Source of the DNA: the human T2T-CHM13v2.0 reference genome, Homo sapiens
Length of the DNA stretch: 64,000 nt
Assembly: GCF_009914755.1 (NCBI RefSeq)
Contig: NC_060942.1
Direction: 5' to 3' (one strand)
Under the pieces are notes generated by a model. It made no database searches and was not told the DNA's origin. It saw only the letters and a list, made by a program, of their open reading frames with translations. The position numbers were made by a program, and so were the translations under genes. Of the stretch, positions 36,042 through 52,989 are shown piece after piece. The stretch's first letter is position 1, and every line of letters starts with the position of its first letter.

Positions 36042-38986
36042 AAAATCTTTTGTTCTTTAACCCAGGTATTGCTCGTTATTCTACACGTGTGGTAATGTAT
36101 GGAATTCAAAAAGTCACATTGATGTCGAAGTTGAGGAACTGCTGATGCCTCCATTATAAGAAATTTTAACATGTACATCTGTTAGCCACAGTAATTCTGT
36201 CCCATTGCATGTAATCACTAAAATTAAAAATGAACATATGAAAATAGAGTCCCAGTGCAGAAGCTGAACTTAATACCTTTGACATTTAAGGCAGTCACTT
36301 AATCAGATTACTCTCTCTGGTTATAGCCTATGGGAATTCACAGGTGTTAAATTAGCTTCAGAAGGACTCTCCTATTGTTTTTTAATGGAAAGCTAGGACA
36401 CATGGAGATCTGAACATGGAAAATAAACATAAATCACGTATAAGAGATATGGAGTATAGTCTAAGCATTAGTCTTTAGTTTTCTGGGCATGCACAAATCT
36501 GTGCCAATCTAACTATCTGGTGTGATTGCTGTTTCATTTCACAATAATAATGCAACAGTTTCAACATTTTAGATTTAACCTTCTTCATAACTAGAGGAAC
36601 TATTCAAATGCTTTTGATGTGATAGTAAAGTGATTCTGTCTTTTGAGAATGACAATCAGTGCCTTTGTGATTTCACGGTATAAACTATTTGAAAGGTAGA
36701 AATGTGGAAATGAGTAGCCTGTGATGATATTGAATCGTTTGGGTATGTTTCTGAACAGTTAGGAACAGAGAGGAAATACAAAGCCAGGCTAGAAAGAGTT
36801 CTTTTTACCCCAGGAATTTTTAGAGTTTCTTGGTGCATATGGATTTCAGAAAAAATTTTATTCGAACTTGATTTATTCTTTTGACCTTGACTGTATAAAA
36901 TGAAGTATAGTTTTACAGTCATAATATAGCAGAGTTGGGGCATTAAATGTTCATGTTCACATACTGTTTACAGATACCAAATTGTATGGATAATTTTAAG
37001 AACACTGATGCAATAAAATCTTGATAAGCATTTCAAATCTATTGTTATTTTATAAAGCCAGAATGTCTGACCTGAAATCACAGCATAGATTTATTTTGTC
37101 AGTGGAGATGTAGCACGCAAAATAGACTGGTTTTGGTCTCATTGTTTCAAAGACTTATTTCAGCATCTGCCTATACACTCTTATTAGAAGGAGAGCTACA
37201 AATTCCGTTGGCTTTTCAGCATTAGAACTGGCAATCATTCAAAAATAACATCTTTCATGAGTGTTCCCAGTGTTCTTCAACCAAGGAGTACAACGTATGA
37301 ATGAATGAATGAATATCTGAATCAACTCATTTGTATAAACAAGTTTGAGGGATTGTAAGGGTGATGATGACTTAGAGAAAAACCTTGTTTATTTGTTTAG
37401 TGTCCCACAAACTTAAAAATCCATCTCTTGAAAAATTTTAGCTAATTGCTACAAAATTTAAAATCTTTGTAATGATTCATTTTAAATTAATTTGTTCTTC
37501 TGCTAATTGGTATTCCTCTGTACTCTGTGACTGTCGTCGTAATTCTGACCTGTCACTACTTCCAATCCACAGCTTTTATGGAGAGATTCTGCTCATGGTT
37601 GGCCTTAGGAGAAACAAATCAGTCAGCTGCAGCCCTGGAAGAGATAGGAAACATTGTATGTGATTGGGGAGGCTACCACCTTTGCTTCTCATTTGTGACA
37701 GCCTGAGATTTCCCCAGGAAAAGAAAGTCTGTAGCAAGTAAGCCATGAGTTGAATTCAAATTTAAGACTTCTGCCTTTCTAAAGTCTTGTTCAGTTTATT
37801 AAGTGTCTTGCCTCCTGCTGCATAAGCTATAGATAAAGAGACTGTAGTTTTCCTGGGGGTGTGAAACCCAGGTTAAGCAGACATCAGAAGGGAATTCTCA
37901 AATGAATTTTCAGTTAGTGCATTGACAGTCTCCAAAATTTGAACCTTAGCAAATACAATGTTCTTTTCAATTAATGTCAAAACATCAGTTAGCCTGCAGG
38001 TCTGTTACACTAACATGGTATCTATATTCTGTGGTTTTTAGTTTGACCCTACTGGAGGTAAGGTTTAATTGTCAGTTTCTTTGAATATCAGTAGAATAAT
38101 TTCAGGAAATTTTTTTACCTTTTTACTTGCCCCGAGGTTATTCTGATATGAAATTTTCTCTTCTTGGTTTTGTAATATGCTGCAACTGCCTCCAAGGTTG
38201 ACTCAGTAAGTTATTTAGAAAATCTTTCTTGAGGAAAACATAGGTTTTATTTGCATAGTTTGGAGCTTGATGGCATAATATGCATGTGCATTCTTTGTGA
38301 GAAAAGCAGTTGGAAATTGCTTCCTTCTGATGGTGTCTGATGTGCTTCTTAGTATGGGATAGCTTCCATAATTTAGAAAGAACTTAGTCCTACCTGTGGT
38401 AAACTGTGGATGAGGCAAGGACTCTGAGAAGTAAGATGTTTTGTTTTTGTTCATTCTGTGTTTTCAGTAATTACATGCTGTCAGCTTTATGGGATCTCAG
38501 GGCTTAACAGTGTCTAGTACATGGAAGATGGATAGTGGCATTGAATAAATGAGAACCTGGAAGAATGAATAAATGAATGAATGAAACTTCATGGTATTGT
38601 AGCTCACAGGATTTGTAAAATGCTTATTAGTTCTGAGTGCAGGCTTTGGAATGACTGGGTTTCTGAGGTACTAAAATCTGTAGAGAGGAAGCACAGAGCA
38701 AAGTATGCAGAGGAGGCCTCCTCTGACATCCCATCTATTCAACTATTCATGCATGCAAAGGTGATAGTAAACCTGGAAGATGCTTTTTAAAAGAAGAGTA
38801 ATAAATATAATGAAATATAAATGTACCATCACATAATATATTCAAAGATCATTTTATGTTCCTGTTTTGTACAGGTTAATTTGAATTTGGATAAGCTAAT
38901 TAAATTAAATTTTGTGTATTTTGTATTTGTTAAGAGTGTATTTGATGACTCACTGAAGAACAGATCTCTTATCTAGAGTAGGCACT

Positions 38987-39325
38987 TGCGGTGGCCATGA
39001 AAACACACTACCTTGATCTTCTGCTGCAGGGGCATAATTAACTTAGGGTGACAGGCTCATTCTGGGAAGACACAGGACTCATCCTAAGAGTGACTATGGT
39101 ATGGGGACTCTCTATTGACCTGGATTAACTCCTGAATTGCTCTGCAGTCCAACCCTTCTACTACTTGATGTCCCTTTCTTCCCTATTTCCTTCTATAGGT
39201 ATCAGATTTCAACTGAAGTCTGAAGACTCTTGTTGCCTTCTCTTCCTCCCTTTGTCAAAAAACCTCTTGCCCATCTAACACCATCTTGGTGTCTGCTTTC
39301 TGGAGTCAGGATCTAGTTGATGCAA
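38987..39325 (+). mobile_element. ERVL-class LTR (LTR40/LTR16-like)
   Basis: tgcggtggccatg start; 3' aacctcttgcccatctaacaccatcttggtgtctgcttt. Confidence 0.55.
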
Positions 39326-40255
39326 ATGGTACCAAGACTCATCCAGAAACCTGGCAGAAACTTGAAGATTTGGGACCTGCTGAATCACCCCTGAGCAGAA
39401 GAAGGATACAATATCCTGAGTGGCAGATGGGGCTTGGGTAATACCTGACACCTGATGGCAGTCCAATTGCAGTGGTGTCTTGCAGGTGCAGTCACTCCAG
39501 CTTTTAAAAGAAATGGGTGGGGAGGATAGCAATGCTTACAAAGACAGCAGAGACAGCTCATTCAGGATAATTTGTATTGATATGCCCTGCAGAAGGATAA
39601 TAAAGAATTGGGGGCTACAAACAAGCAAGTCAAGGCTAAATGTTATGGCTGGAGAGCCTGTGTGGCGCCTTACAAAGAAGCCGTTTCTCCTGTAGTGGAA
39701 CGACAGACTCAGTTGAATAACAGACTAAAAATTTTGTAGTTAAATTCACAGAGCTTCAGACATTTGAAACCTTAGCCAAGATAGGCCTGTAATGTGTAGG
39801 TCGGGACCATGGTTGGGATAATGTAAGACCCTGAAATGTGGAGTAAGGATGCCTGGATGGATGCCTCTGAAGATTTTAGCATCGTATACACTATAACCTC
39901 AGAGCTTACAGAGCAGCCCATCCTTCTCTATTAACACCTATTAGAAAATGCTAGAGACCTCTCCCCTGCAACGCAACAGCCATCTATCTCAGGAGATGCC
40001 CCTATCTCCTCTCATGGGTACTTGTACTCACCATGCTTCTAGTTTCTGTATCAGGTAAGACCAGAAAACCCCAAGAGAGCCTAGATGCAGCATTTATAAA
40101 AGGCATTAATGGTTTGGTGGCAATAGGGTCACCAGCATCACTAAGAAGTTCAGTGGTGGGTCTCCTTGGCAGGCCAAGGCTGGCAGGAGTGATGGAAATA
40201 GAGATGGGTCATTATCTTCTGTGGGGAGAAATAGGGCACTGGAGTTAGAGAAACC
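39326..40255 (+). mobile_element. Degenerate ERVL internal (leader/gag) fragment
   Basis: tggtaccaag immediately after the LTR, followed by ERVL-like motifs (gggtcaccagcatcactaagaagttcagtggtgg). Confidence 0.5.
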
Positions 40256-40529
40256 AGATGGGAAATATGTTGTGATGAGCCTTACATGGTAAATGGGGTG
40301 CTATTATTATTATTATTATTTTTTATTATACTCTAAGTTTTAGGGTACATGTGCACATTGTGCAGGTTAGTTACATATGTATACATGTGCCATGCTGGTG
40401 CGCTGCACCCACTAATGTGTCATCTAGCATTAGGTATATCTCCCAATGCTATCCCTCCCCCCTCCCCCGACCCCACCACAGTCCCCAGAGTGTGATATTC
40501 CCCTTCCTGTGTCCATGTGATCTCATTGT

Positions 40530-44381
<3,852 letters not shown>

Positions 44382-44420
44382 TCATTAGTTGATGCAGTTT
44401 CTTCCTAGTCTCGATGGTCT

Positions 44421-45437
44421 TTACATTTTGGCATGATTTTGCAGCGGCTGGTACCGGTTGTTCCTTTCCATGTTTAGCGCTTCCTTCAGGAGCTCTTTTA
44501 GGGCAGGCCTGGTGGTGACAAAATCTCTCAGCATTTGCTTGTCTATAAAGTATTTTATTTCTCCTTCACTTATGAAGCTTAGTTTGGCTGGATATGAAAT
44601 TCTGGGTTGAAAATTCTTTTCTTTAAGAATGTTGAATATTGGCCCCCACTCTCTTCTGGCTTGTAGGGTTTCTGCCAAGAGATCCGCTGTTAGTCTGATG
44701 GGCTTTCCTTTGAGGGTAACCCGACCTTTCTCTCTGGCTGCCCTTAACATTTTTTCCTTCATTTCAACTTTGGTGAATCTGACAATTATGTGTCTTGGAG
44801 TTGCTCTTCTCGAGGAGTATCTTCGTGGCGTTCTCTGTATTTCCTGAATCTGAACGTTGGCCTGCCTTGCTAGATTGGGGAAGTTCTCCTGAATAATATC
44901 CTGCAGAGTGTTTTCCAACTTGGTTCCATTCTCCACATCACTTTCAGGTACACCAATCAGACGTAGATTTGGTCTTTTCACATAGTCCCATATTTCTTGG
45001 AGGCTTTGCTCATTTCTTTTTATTCTTTTTTCTCTAAACTTCCCTTCTCGCTTCATTTCATTCATTTCATCTTCCATTGCTGATACCCTTTCTTCCAGTT
45101 GATCGCATCGGCTCCTGAGGCTTCTGCATTCTTCACGTAGTTCTCGAGCCTTGGTTTTCAGCTCCATCAGCTCCTTTAAGCACTTCTCTGTATTGGTTAT
45201 TCTAGTTATACATTCTTCTAAATTTTTTTCAAAGTTTTCAACTTCTTTGCCTTTGGTTTGAATGTCCTCCCGTAGCTCAGAGTAATTTGATCGTCTGAAG
45301 CCTTCTTCTCTCAGCTCGTCAAAATCATTCCCCATCCAGCTTTGTTCTGTTGCTGGTGAGGAACTGCGTTCCTTTGGAGGAGGAGAGGCGCTCTGCGTTT
45401 TAGAGTTTCCAGTTTTTCTGTTCTGTTTTTTCCCCAT
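44421..45437 (-). CDS. LINE-1 ORF1p, RNA-binding chaperone, 338 aa
   Basis: Canonical length. REKG 235-238, RR 261-262 and YPAKLS intact; 63-nt inter-ORF spacer. Confidence 0.98.
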   Translation of the reverse strand: MGKKQNRKTGNSKTQSASPPPKERSSSPATEQSWMGNDFDELREEGFRRSNYSELREDIQTKGKEVENFEKNLEECITRITNTEKCLKELMELKTKARELREECRSLRSRCDQLEERVSAMEDEMNEMKREGKFREKRIKRNEQSLQEIWDYVKRPNLRLIGVPESDVENGTKLENTLQDIIQENFPNLARQANVQIQEIQRTPRRYSSRRATPRHIIVRFTKVEMKEKMLRAAREKGRVTLKGKPIRLTADLLAETLQARREWGPIFNILKEKNFQPRISYPAKLSFISEGEIKYFIDKQMLRDFVTTRPALKELLKEALNMERNNRYQPLQNHAKM

Positions 45438-46343
45438 CTTTGTGGTTTTATCTACTTTTGGTCTTTGATGATGGTGATGTACAGATGGGTTTTCGGTGTA
45501 GATGTCCTTTCTGGTTGTTAGTTTTCCTTCTAACAGACAGGACCCTCAGCCGCAGGTCTGTTGGAATACACTGCCGTGTGAGGTGTCAGTGTGCCCCTGC
45601 TGGGGGGTGCCTCCCAGTTAGGCTGCTCGGGGGTCAGGGGTCAGGGACCCACTTGAGGAGGCAGTCTGCCCGTTCTCAGATCTCCAGCTGCGTGCTGGGA
45701 GAACCACTGCTCTCTTCAAAGCTGTCAGACAGGGACACTTAAGTCTGCAGAGGTTACTGCTGTCTTTTTGTTTGTCTGTGCCCTGCCCCCAGAGGTGGAG
45801 CCTACAGAGGCAGGCAGGCCTCCTTGAGCTGTGGTGGGCTCCACCCAGTTCGAGCTTCCCGGCTGCTTTGTTTACCTAAGCAAGCCTGGGCAATGGCGGG
45901 CGCCCCTCCCCCAGCCTGGTTGCCGCCTTGCAGTTTGATCTCAGACTGCTGTGCTAGCAATCAGCGAGATTCCGTGGGCGTAGGACCCTCTGAGCCAGGT
46001 GTGGGATATAGTCTCGTGGTGCGCCGTTTCTTAAGCTGGTCTGAAAAGCGCAATATTCGGGTGGGAGTGACCCGATTTTCCAGGTGCGTCCGTCACCCCT
46101 TTCTTTGACTCGGAAAGGGAACTCCCTGACCCCTTGCGCTTCCCAGGTGAGGCAATGCCTCGCCCTGCTTCGGCTCACGCACGGTGTGCACACACACTGG
46201 CCTGCGCCCACTGTCTGGCACTCCCTAGTGAGATGAACCCGGTACCTCAGATGGAAATGCAGAAATCACCCGTCTTCTGCGTCGCTCACGCTGGGAGCTG
46301 TAGACCGGAGCTGTTCCTATTCGGCCATCTTGGCTCCTCCCCC
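45438..46343 (-). promoter_or_regulatory. L1HS 5'UTR: CpG-rich internal sense promoter with YY1 site, plus antisense promoter
   Basis: CpG-rich 906-bp UTR. YY1 motif (ggccatcttg on +) at about 46323-46332. Confidence 0.9.
45893..46108 (+). CDS. LINE-1 ORF0 (71 aa antisense ORF)
   Basis: ATG at 45893 in good Kozak context (gcaATGg), MAGAPPP...RHPFL-stop, 216 nt. Confidence 0.88.
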   Translation: MAGAPPPAWLPPCSLISDCCASNQRDSVGVGPSEPGVGYSLVVRRFLSWSEKRNIRVGVTRFSRCVRHPFL

Positions 46344-47732
46344 GGTGCTATTATTAAATGTGGTCCAGATAGAGTATTGCTGAAATTCTCAGAAAAGAAG
46401 TATGTTTGGCTTACAACCTAATAACGCCACAGCTTGATTACAACTCCCTGATGCCTTCTTTATGGACATCCCAGGCTTTGGGTATGTCCATAATAGCCTC
46501 TTGACCAAAGATGGTTCAAATATCGGGCATATACAAGAGGCTAAACCCTTAAATGTTTGAATAAATCTAGCTATGTTCTTCCTGAAACTGCCCAATCCCC
46601 ACTGAAAAATGGAGTCCGTTGAAAGACTGTGGTCCATTATCTCTACATACCTCCAGAAAAGAGTTATTATCCCTATACTAGCCCTTGTGATCCTTTTGTT
46701 CTGTCTGTTACAAACACAAATTAGTATGACTGCCACTTTGTACAAGATTTAAGGGCCATTAACACAATTTTACTTTCCTGCTTTCCTATTATCTCAAACT
46801 CAAATACTGTCCTATCTACAATCTCTAGAACTGCTGCTTACTTTACAGTGGTAGATCCATGCTTAGCATTCTTTAGTAATTCTTTTCTTCCAGACTCACT
46901 GTATCTATTTACACTCACTTGGAAACAATACTCATGAACAATTGTGACCAAGAATTTACAGAAACACCCTCTTACTTCTTGGAAATACTCAATGACACCT
47001 GAATGACTGGAGACATTCTATTTCCCAAGGACTCCACTCTTATATAATATATAGATGATCTTGTTTGCTCTCTAGATTGAGAGTCCTGCAGAATTGATTT
47101 ATTCCACTTGCTAATAGTGTAAGTGTACAGGCACACAAAGTCTCTAGGGGTAAACTCCAATTTTGTCAGCCCCACGTGTATTTTCTTGGCCATGATATCA
47201 AACAAAAATTAAGGGTCTTTTCCCTCAAAGACTGCAGGTTATTCCCAACTTTCCTGGCCAATTACTGAAAGACATCTTAGAAAATGTCTTATTCCCATAC
47301 AATATTGTAGACATGGATTTCTAACTTTTCTCGACTAACTGCCCCCTCCTGTAAGCTAATGAAAACTGACAATCCTGCATTATAGACTCACTAGAGAATG
47401 TATTTTACCACTTAAATAACTCTCCAATGATCATACATCTTTCTTTCTGTTAGTACATTGAGACAAGTTTGGAGGATTCTAACTTAACAAGAAAATGGGC
47501 ATCAGAGACTCACTGCTTATTATATCTTCACATTGATTTCATGACAAAAAGCCTGCCCTCCTTGTTTGCACACAGTGGCAGCAGTGCAAGCTCAGCTGAG
47601 GCAACTGATGACTTAGTCTTAAGATTTTTGCTTAACCCTGTGGTTCCTCATATCATTGAGACCTTCCTTTGGACTGAAAACTCCTTCAATTCTTCTGTTA
47701 CTAGACTGGCTTCCTTTGAAATCCTTTATTCT

Positions 47733-47869
47733 TGGTGGATATGTTTATTGCTTTGATTGTAGTGTTGATATCACAGATGTATACATACGTCTGAACTTAT
47801 CAAATTGTGTACACTAAATGAGCAGGGTTTTTTTGTATATCAATTATACTTCAATAAAGCTGTAAAAAA
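47733..47869 (+). mobile_element. Short old L1M (L1MA/MB-like) 3' end inserted in ERV pol
   Basis: gtatacatacgtctgaacttatcaaattgt...tcaattatacttcaataaagctg followed by an A tail; flanked by approximate aaatcc(c)ttta repeats. Confidence 0.75.
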
Positions 47870-50110
47870 TCCCTTTACCTATAGACATTTCTATCCATTG
47901 TTGCAAAATCCTAAAATCTGCTATTCCTCTTCCTTTCCCACATGACTGCTATATACTTATTTGGGAGTTTTTCTTGCTACGACCTGGACACTTTGAAACT
48001 CTTTTAGACTACCTAAATTGTGAAGTATTGTGGATAAAACCTGTTTGAGAACTGAGCAAGGACACTATTAAGCTGGGTATGCAATCAGAACACACTAACA
48101 TTTATTCAAATTCAACTCTCTTCGAGATACTAAATCTGCACAAGTTGCCAAAGTTATAGCTCTTACTAAGTCCTGCCAGTTAGCTACAGATAAGAGAGAA
48201 ATGCCTATATAGAAACATTTTTGTAGTGGTGCAAGATTTTGGTATGCTTTGGAAGAAACATCACTTCTTAATTACAGATGGTATATTCCAATTAAAGCAA
48301 AAACATAAAAGCAATTTTAGGAAGCAAAGGTTCATGTTGCAACAGATTAATATACTAAACAATCTGTGTTAACACATCCAAGCTGCCAAGCAAGTCCAAA
48401 ATTCAAAGCTAAAATGAATTCCTGACTATTGGCATTAGGCCTTGAGTCAATTTCAGAATCAAACACCTGATTCTGAAATAACACACTGGAAAAATAAGAT
48501 TGTTTGCTTCACCCAGAAGGCAGCTGGTGGTGCCAAGACAGCTATTTAGTCTTCATTGAGATGCTGAAATAGAATCTCTCAAAAAAAAAAAAAAGCTGGT
48601 TGTAACCATACATGGAAAGGATAATTTAAAATATATCCTGAAGAAGTATCGATGGGGAAACCCCAACAAGATTGAAGAGCACGTCTTTGGTGTATCTTCC
48701 ATCAAACCCCCAAATCCTGTGCAAACCTTGTCCCAAATGTGGGACAAGGACATGAGCAAAAACTTTTAGGCTATTGAGTATATCTGCAAATAGATTTCAT
48801 TCAGTTGTTCCCTTGTGTGGTCATGAATATGTTCTTAATCATAGAATAGTGTGTGTTTTCTGGTTGGCTGGGATTGTTTCCTTTTCATAAAGTAACTCTT
48901 CTGACAGTAGCAAAGCAACTTTCCGACTCTGTGTTTCTCACTTGAGTAATATTCGTCTATTTATCTTGTTTTGGGGTACCCATGTCACAAGACCATTAAT
49001 TAAGGCATTCTATGAAGCTTTGCCTGTCAACCAAAGCCTCACTGTTCCTACCACCCCCAGTCCTTAGAGAAATCAAGACCCATTAAAACGGAAACTTGTG
49101 AAACTCTCTGAGCAACTTCAGATGCTACAGCGAAAGGTTTACTCTCAGCATTCTGGCTGTTAGGCCCCTTTTAACAGGAACTCACAGATTATCCCCAAAT
49201 GAGCTAGTCGCTGGATGCTCATCCATATGGGGATATCACCCTCAATTTTTGACTCTGCTCATTCACAGGCCAATATAGCCAAATGCTGTAGAACTTTAAG
49301 GCCAACTCATTTTCAATGAGACCTTGTGGCTTTTCCCACAGATAAGTCACAGAAAGCACTGCATGACTTTCAGCCAGGAGACCTACTGTACTGAAAATGA
49401 GAGCAATGTAAGACTATTCTTGAACTTTATTAGACGGGATTTGGAACCACAAATTGTGCAATGAAACTCCTGGGAACTACCTCTTGGATTCACATCTCTT
49501 AGTTAAAAAGACAGCATATACCCATCTCCCAGATATCCATGCCCGTGTAAAATCTAGCACTGGGAATCTCTTGGGATTCTCCAGAAGCTGATGCCATCAT
49601 AAAGTAGATCTCTTTCTCAAGAACATCAGATCAAAGCCTATTAATACCAGAAACAATTAATTGCCACCTCTGTCTTTACCTGTTTCATTTTTCTTTTCAT
49701 GACTATCATTTTCTCTCTGTGTTGGTTTAGGAATTTTGATTGTAAAAATGAGATTCTTTAAGGTTTTTCCTCTAATCATGCCATTTTGGGTAAATCAGTA
49801 TTACACAAGCCTATTAATATCAAACCTCCCCTTCCATAGACTTGGATGGGGAGGAGATCTGTTCTGTGCACCGCAGGTCAGCCTGGGTGTTCGTTAACAG
49901 ACATTACTGGTTATTCTCATGTTTATGCTTGTCTCCCTAGTCATTTGCTCTGTTTTCTCCAGGGGTTTAAATGCTGCTATGCAGCCACTCACTCGACAAA
50001 TGATTGAAATATATATAACTACAAAGAAAACCATCACAAGACGCTTTGATGGCAGTCATCAACAGCCAGGCTGAGGCTGTTCTTGGAGTGGTGTAGATCA
50101 GGAGTTCTGA

Positions 50111-50158
<48 letters not shown>

Positions 50159-50159
50159 C
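50111..50159. repeat. (AAC)n microsatellite, about 16 units
   Basis: Read directly. Confidence 0.97.
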
Positions 50160-50479
50160 GTATGGTCAACTGATGAGACTCAGAATCTCTGTGGGCCAAG
50201 AAGTGAGACTGTGAGTGTCCTTGAATACCTAAATGTTTTCTGCTTTGACACTGGTGTGACTTTAGCCCCACGACCATTCCTTCTCTCTTTTCTTGGCAAT
50301 CCTCCCGTGAACTTAGTGCTCACCCATGTTGATAAATCTAAATTGCTCAACCAAAGGCTTCCAAATCACAAGAATAATTCCCCCCTATTCTGAGACCCAT
50401 CTTTGATGAACCGTTCCTGAAACTAATGGAGATTTAGTGGTTCACTCTTTCTCAAGCATTATAATGTCATTTTATTTCT

Positions 50480-50840
50480 TCACCCTCTCACACACGTGTC
50501 CTTCCTGCCTCAGTGTCAACCTAGAGTGCTCTCTCGCCTGCCTCCACTCTCCATTGTCTTTAACTCCTCCTCATTCTTCAGTCTGAGGATCTAAAAGTTC
50601 TCATCCTTAGAACAGCCACCCTGAACCCCTTTGTATGCTCTTTTCCTTATAACACATATACTAATTTGCAATGATCTTTCAGTGTGATTATTTGATGACT
50701 GTCTTTCCTCCGTAATAAACTCTACACTTCACAAGGGTGAGGACTGAATCTGGTTTGCTCCTATTTTATCCCCACAATGCTTGCATGTAGCAGCTTCTTG
50801 TAAAGTGATTGTTGAAAGGTTAAAGAATGAAATGAACAAA
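50480..50840 (+). mobile_element. L2 3' relic
   Basis: Pyrimidine-rich body, then cttcacaagggtgaggactg...ttgttgaaaggttaaagaatgaa. Confidence 0.6.
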
Positions 50841-52410
50841 ATGATGTGAATTAATTCATTCATAACAGTAGTCAGGAATGATTTCATCAATGGAACCGGA
50901 AGATTTCAATGACATAAACTACAAATGTCTGCTTGTCTCTGCAGCAGGGGTGCTTTGACTCTGGGTTTCATTTACAGCTAGTGAAACTTAGTGGACATTT
51001 AATTCCTCTCTGAAACATTCTTTTTTAAAAGATATGTTAATATATATAATTAGATATCCATCAGATCTCATTGATCTGAGATTACACTATCTTGTTCATG
51101 ACGAAGAAGGAAGAGAAAGGAGAGGGAAGCAAGGAAGAAGTGACTTTCATAATGAGAAATATAGATAGTAGAACAAAATATACTGACTTACTTGTATTAT
51201 TTTGGAAGTAATTTGACTTAGTTCACTTATGCATCCAGAGTTACCATACCACAGAATGGCCAAGAGGATCTGAATTTTGCCTGATTATGCATGGCCTCGA
51301 TTAGTGTGTGATGTGTTTTTAATACCCTTTTAGAAAGAAAATTGTAAGCTGTCATAACATGACTCTAACTGGAAAGATAATGTCAAACCTTCTTAGAAAA
51401 CACTGTAGGATATTTCAATTCTCTTAGCAAGAAAGAGCACAAATTTAATTATGGATCAAAATGCCTTCTGCATCAAGTGGAGAGAGGTGGTTATTGGAAG
51501 TCCTGTGGTGCTTCTTATTTTTCAATATGACAGGAAACTAGAAACCCAAATATCCAAGTGATCCAATTTATATTTGTTCCCATGGTTTCTAATATGTAGT
51601 AGTACCTCATGCAGTTCTATTTGAAAACAAAAAAGGTTAATGAATTTCTTGACAATATGCAAATATATTTACGCCTAAGTTTATGGTCTCAGACAACACC
51701 CACAAACACACATATACATGACCCATGGGGTACTAGTAGTTTATTGCCAATACCGCTCTTACTAACAGTGTGGTAACACATTGTAACATATTATTTGATT
51801 GTATTGTTCCTGGAGTTTCAAAGGCCTAGAAATAGAACCTTCCATGATATCATCACATGCTAAACCTGGAGAGGAAAGCAAATATCAGGACAGTGAATCT
51901 TCTTTCCCTCCTCTTTCTGAACTCTAGCCCTGTAGACTGAAGCCTATTCTCAGCATTGCCACCATCCACTGTTTTCCTGTGTATAACCTTTAATTAATGG
52001 AAGCGATTTTCACCACATTGAAGGTTTTCTATCCTGGATTACCAAGAAAAATAATGCAAGCCCACTTTCCCGTTAATCACATAGCCAAAACATGGAGGCC
52101 ATTGATAAGTGATAGCTCTTCAGTCACTCAACCACTATCTGCTTCAGAAATAAGGCTAATGATATAGTCTACATTCTTCATTAGACTGAAATAACTGATA
52201 TAAAATAGTTATTGGGTAATTTTTTGAGTTCAGTGAGTAAAAATTCAATCCAAAAGTAACATTGTTAGCTTTACTTAGGGTTTTTTTTCTCATGACTCGG
52301 AATACTTAAGAATATATATCTGAACAATATTGCATTATGAAAATATTTTTATACCTAAGTTTTTAAGTTTGAAAGGAAATTACTTATCAACTTGCTCTGA
52401 TGACTATCTT

Positions 52411-52989
52411 TAGAGTAGGCAGAATAGCCTCCCAAAGATGTCCACTTAATGTCCAGAACCTGTGAATGTTACCTTGCATGGAAAAAAGACTTGCAGATGC
52501 AATTAAGTTTTTAGACTTTACAATAGGGACACTATCTCGGATTATTTGAGTGGGCCTAGTGTAATCACATGAACCTGTAAAAACAGAGAAGTTGGCCTGA
52601 AGGCAGAAGGCAACTGAGGCACAAGGGAAAGAGAAGAGTTATGAGAGAGATACCTAAAGTAGAGCAGGATGTGGTCCCTCCTGCTGGTTTGAAAATGGAG
52701 CGGGCAATCTGATGGAGAACGCAGGACGACCTGAGGCGCCAGCAGCTAAACATGCCTTGTAGTTCCTAGAAGCTGAATTCGGCCAACAACCTCAATGCGC
52801 CTCCAGAGAGAAACACAGCCCTGCCAACACCTTGATTTTGGCCTTGGGAGACTCCAGACAGAGGACTGAGCTGAGCTCCACTGTACCTGATGTTTTCTGC
52901 TTAACAGAAACTGAGAGGGAAAACCAAATATTGTGTTAAGTCACTGCATTTGTGGTTATTAGTTAGGGCAGCAGGAGAGAAGCCACACA
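52411..52989 (+). mobile_element. MaLR solo LTR (MLT1D/E-like)
   Basis: gtaggcagaatagcctcccaaagatgtccac...cagccctgccaacaccttgattttggcc...gcagcaggagaaagccacaca. Confidence 0.8.

Larger units (their letters stand above)
46357..50200 (+). mobile_element. Ancient class-I (gamma-like, ERV1) internal region: decayed pro-pol and short env remnant
   Basis: Manual translation gives FVQDLRAIN (46737-46763), YFTVVD, YIDDL (47048-47062), and integrase YLQIDFIQL (48781), HCSYHPQS (~49040), FQPGD, WIHIS. Many stops and frameshifts. Confidence 0.8.
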
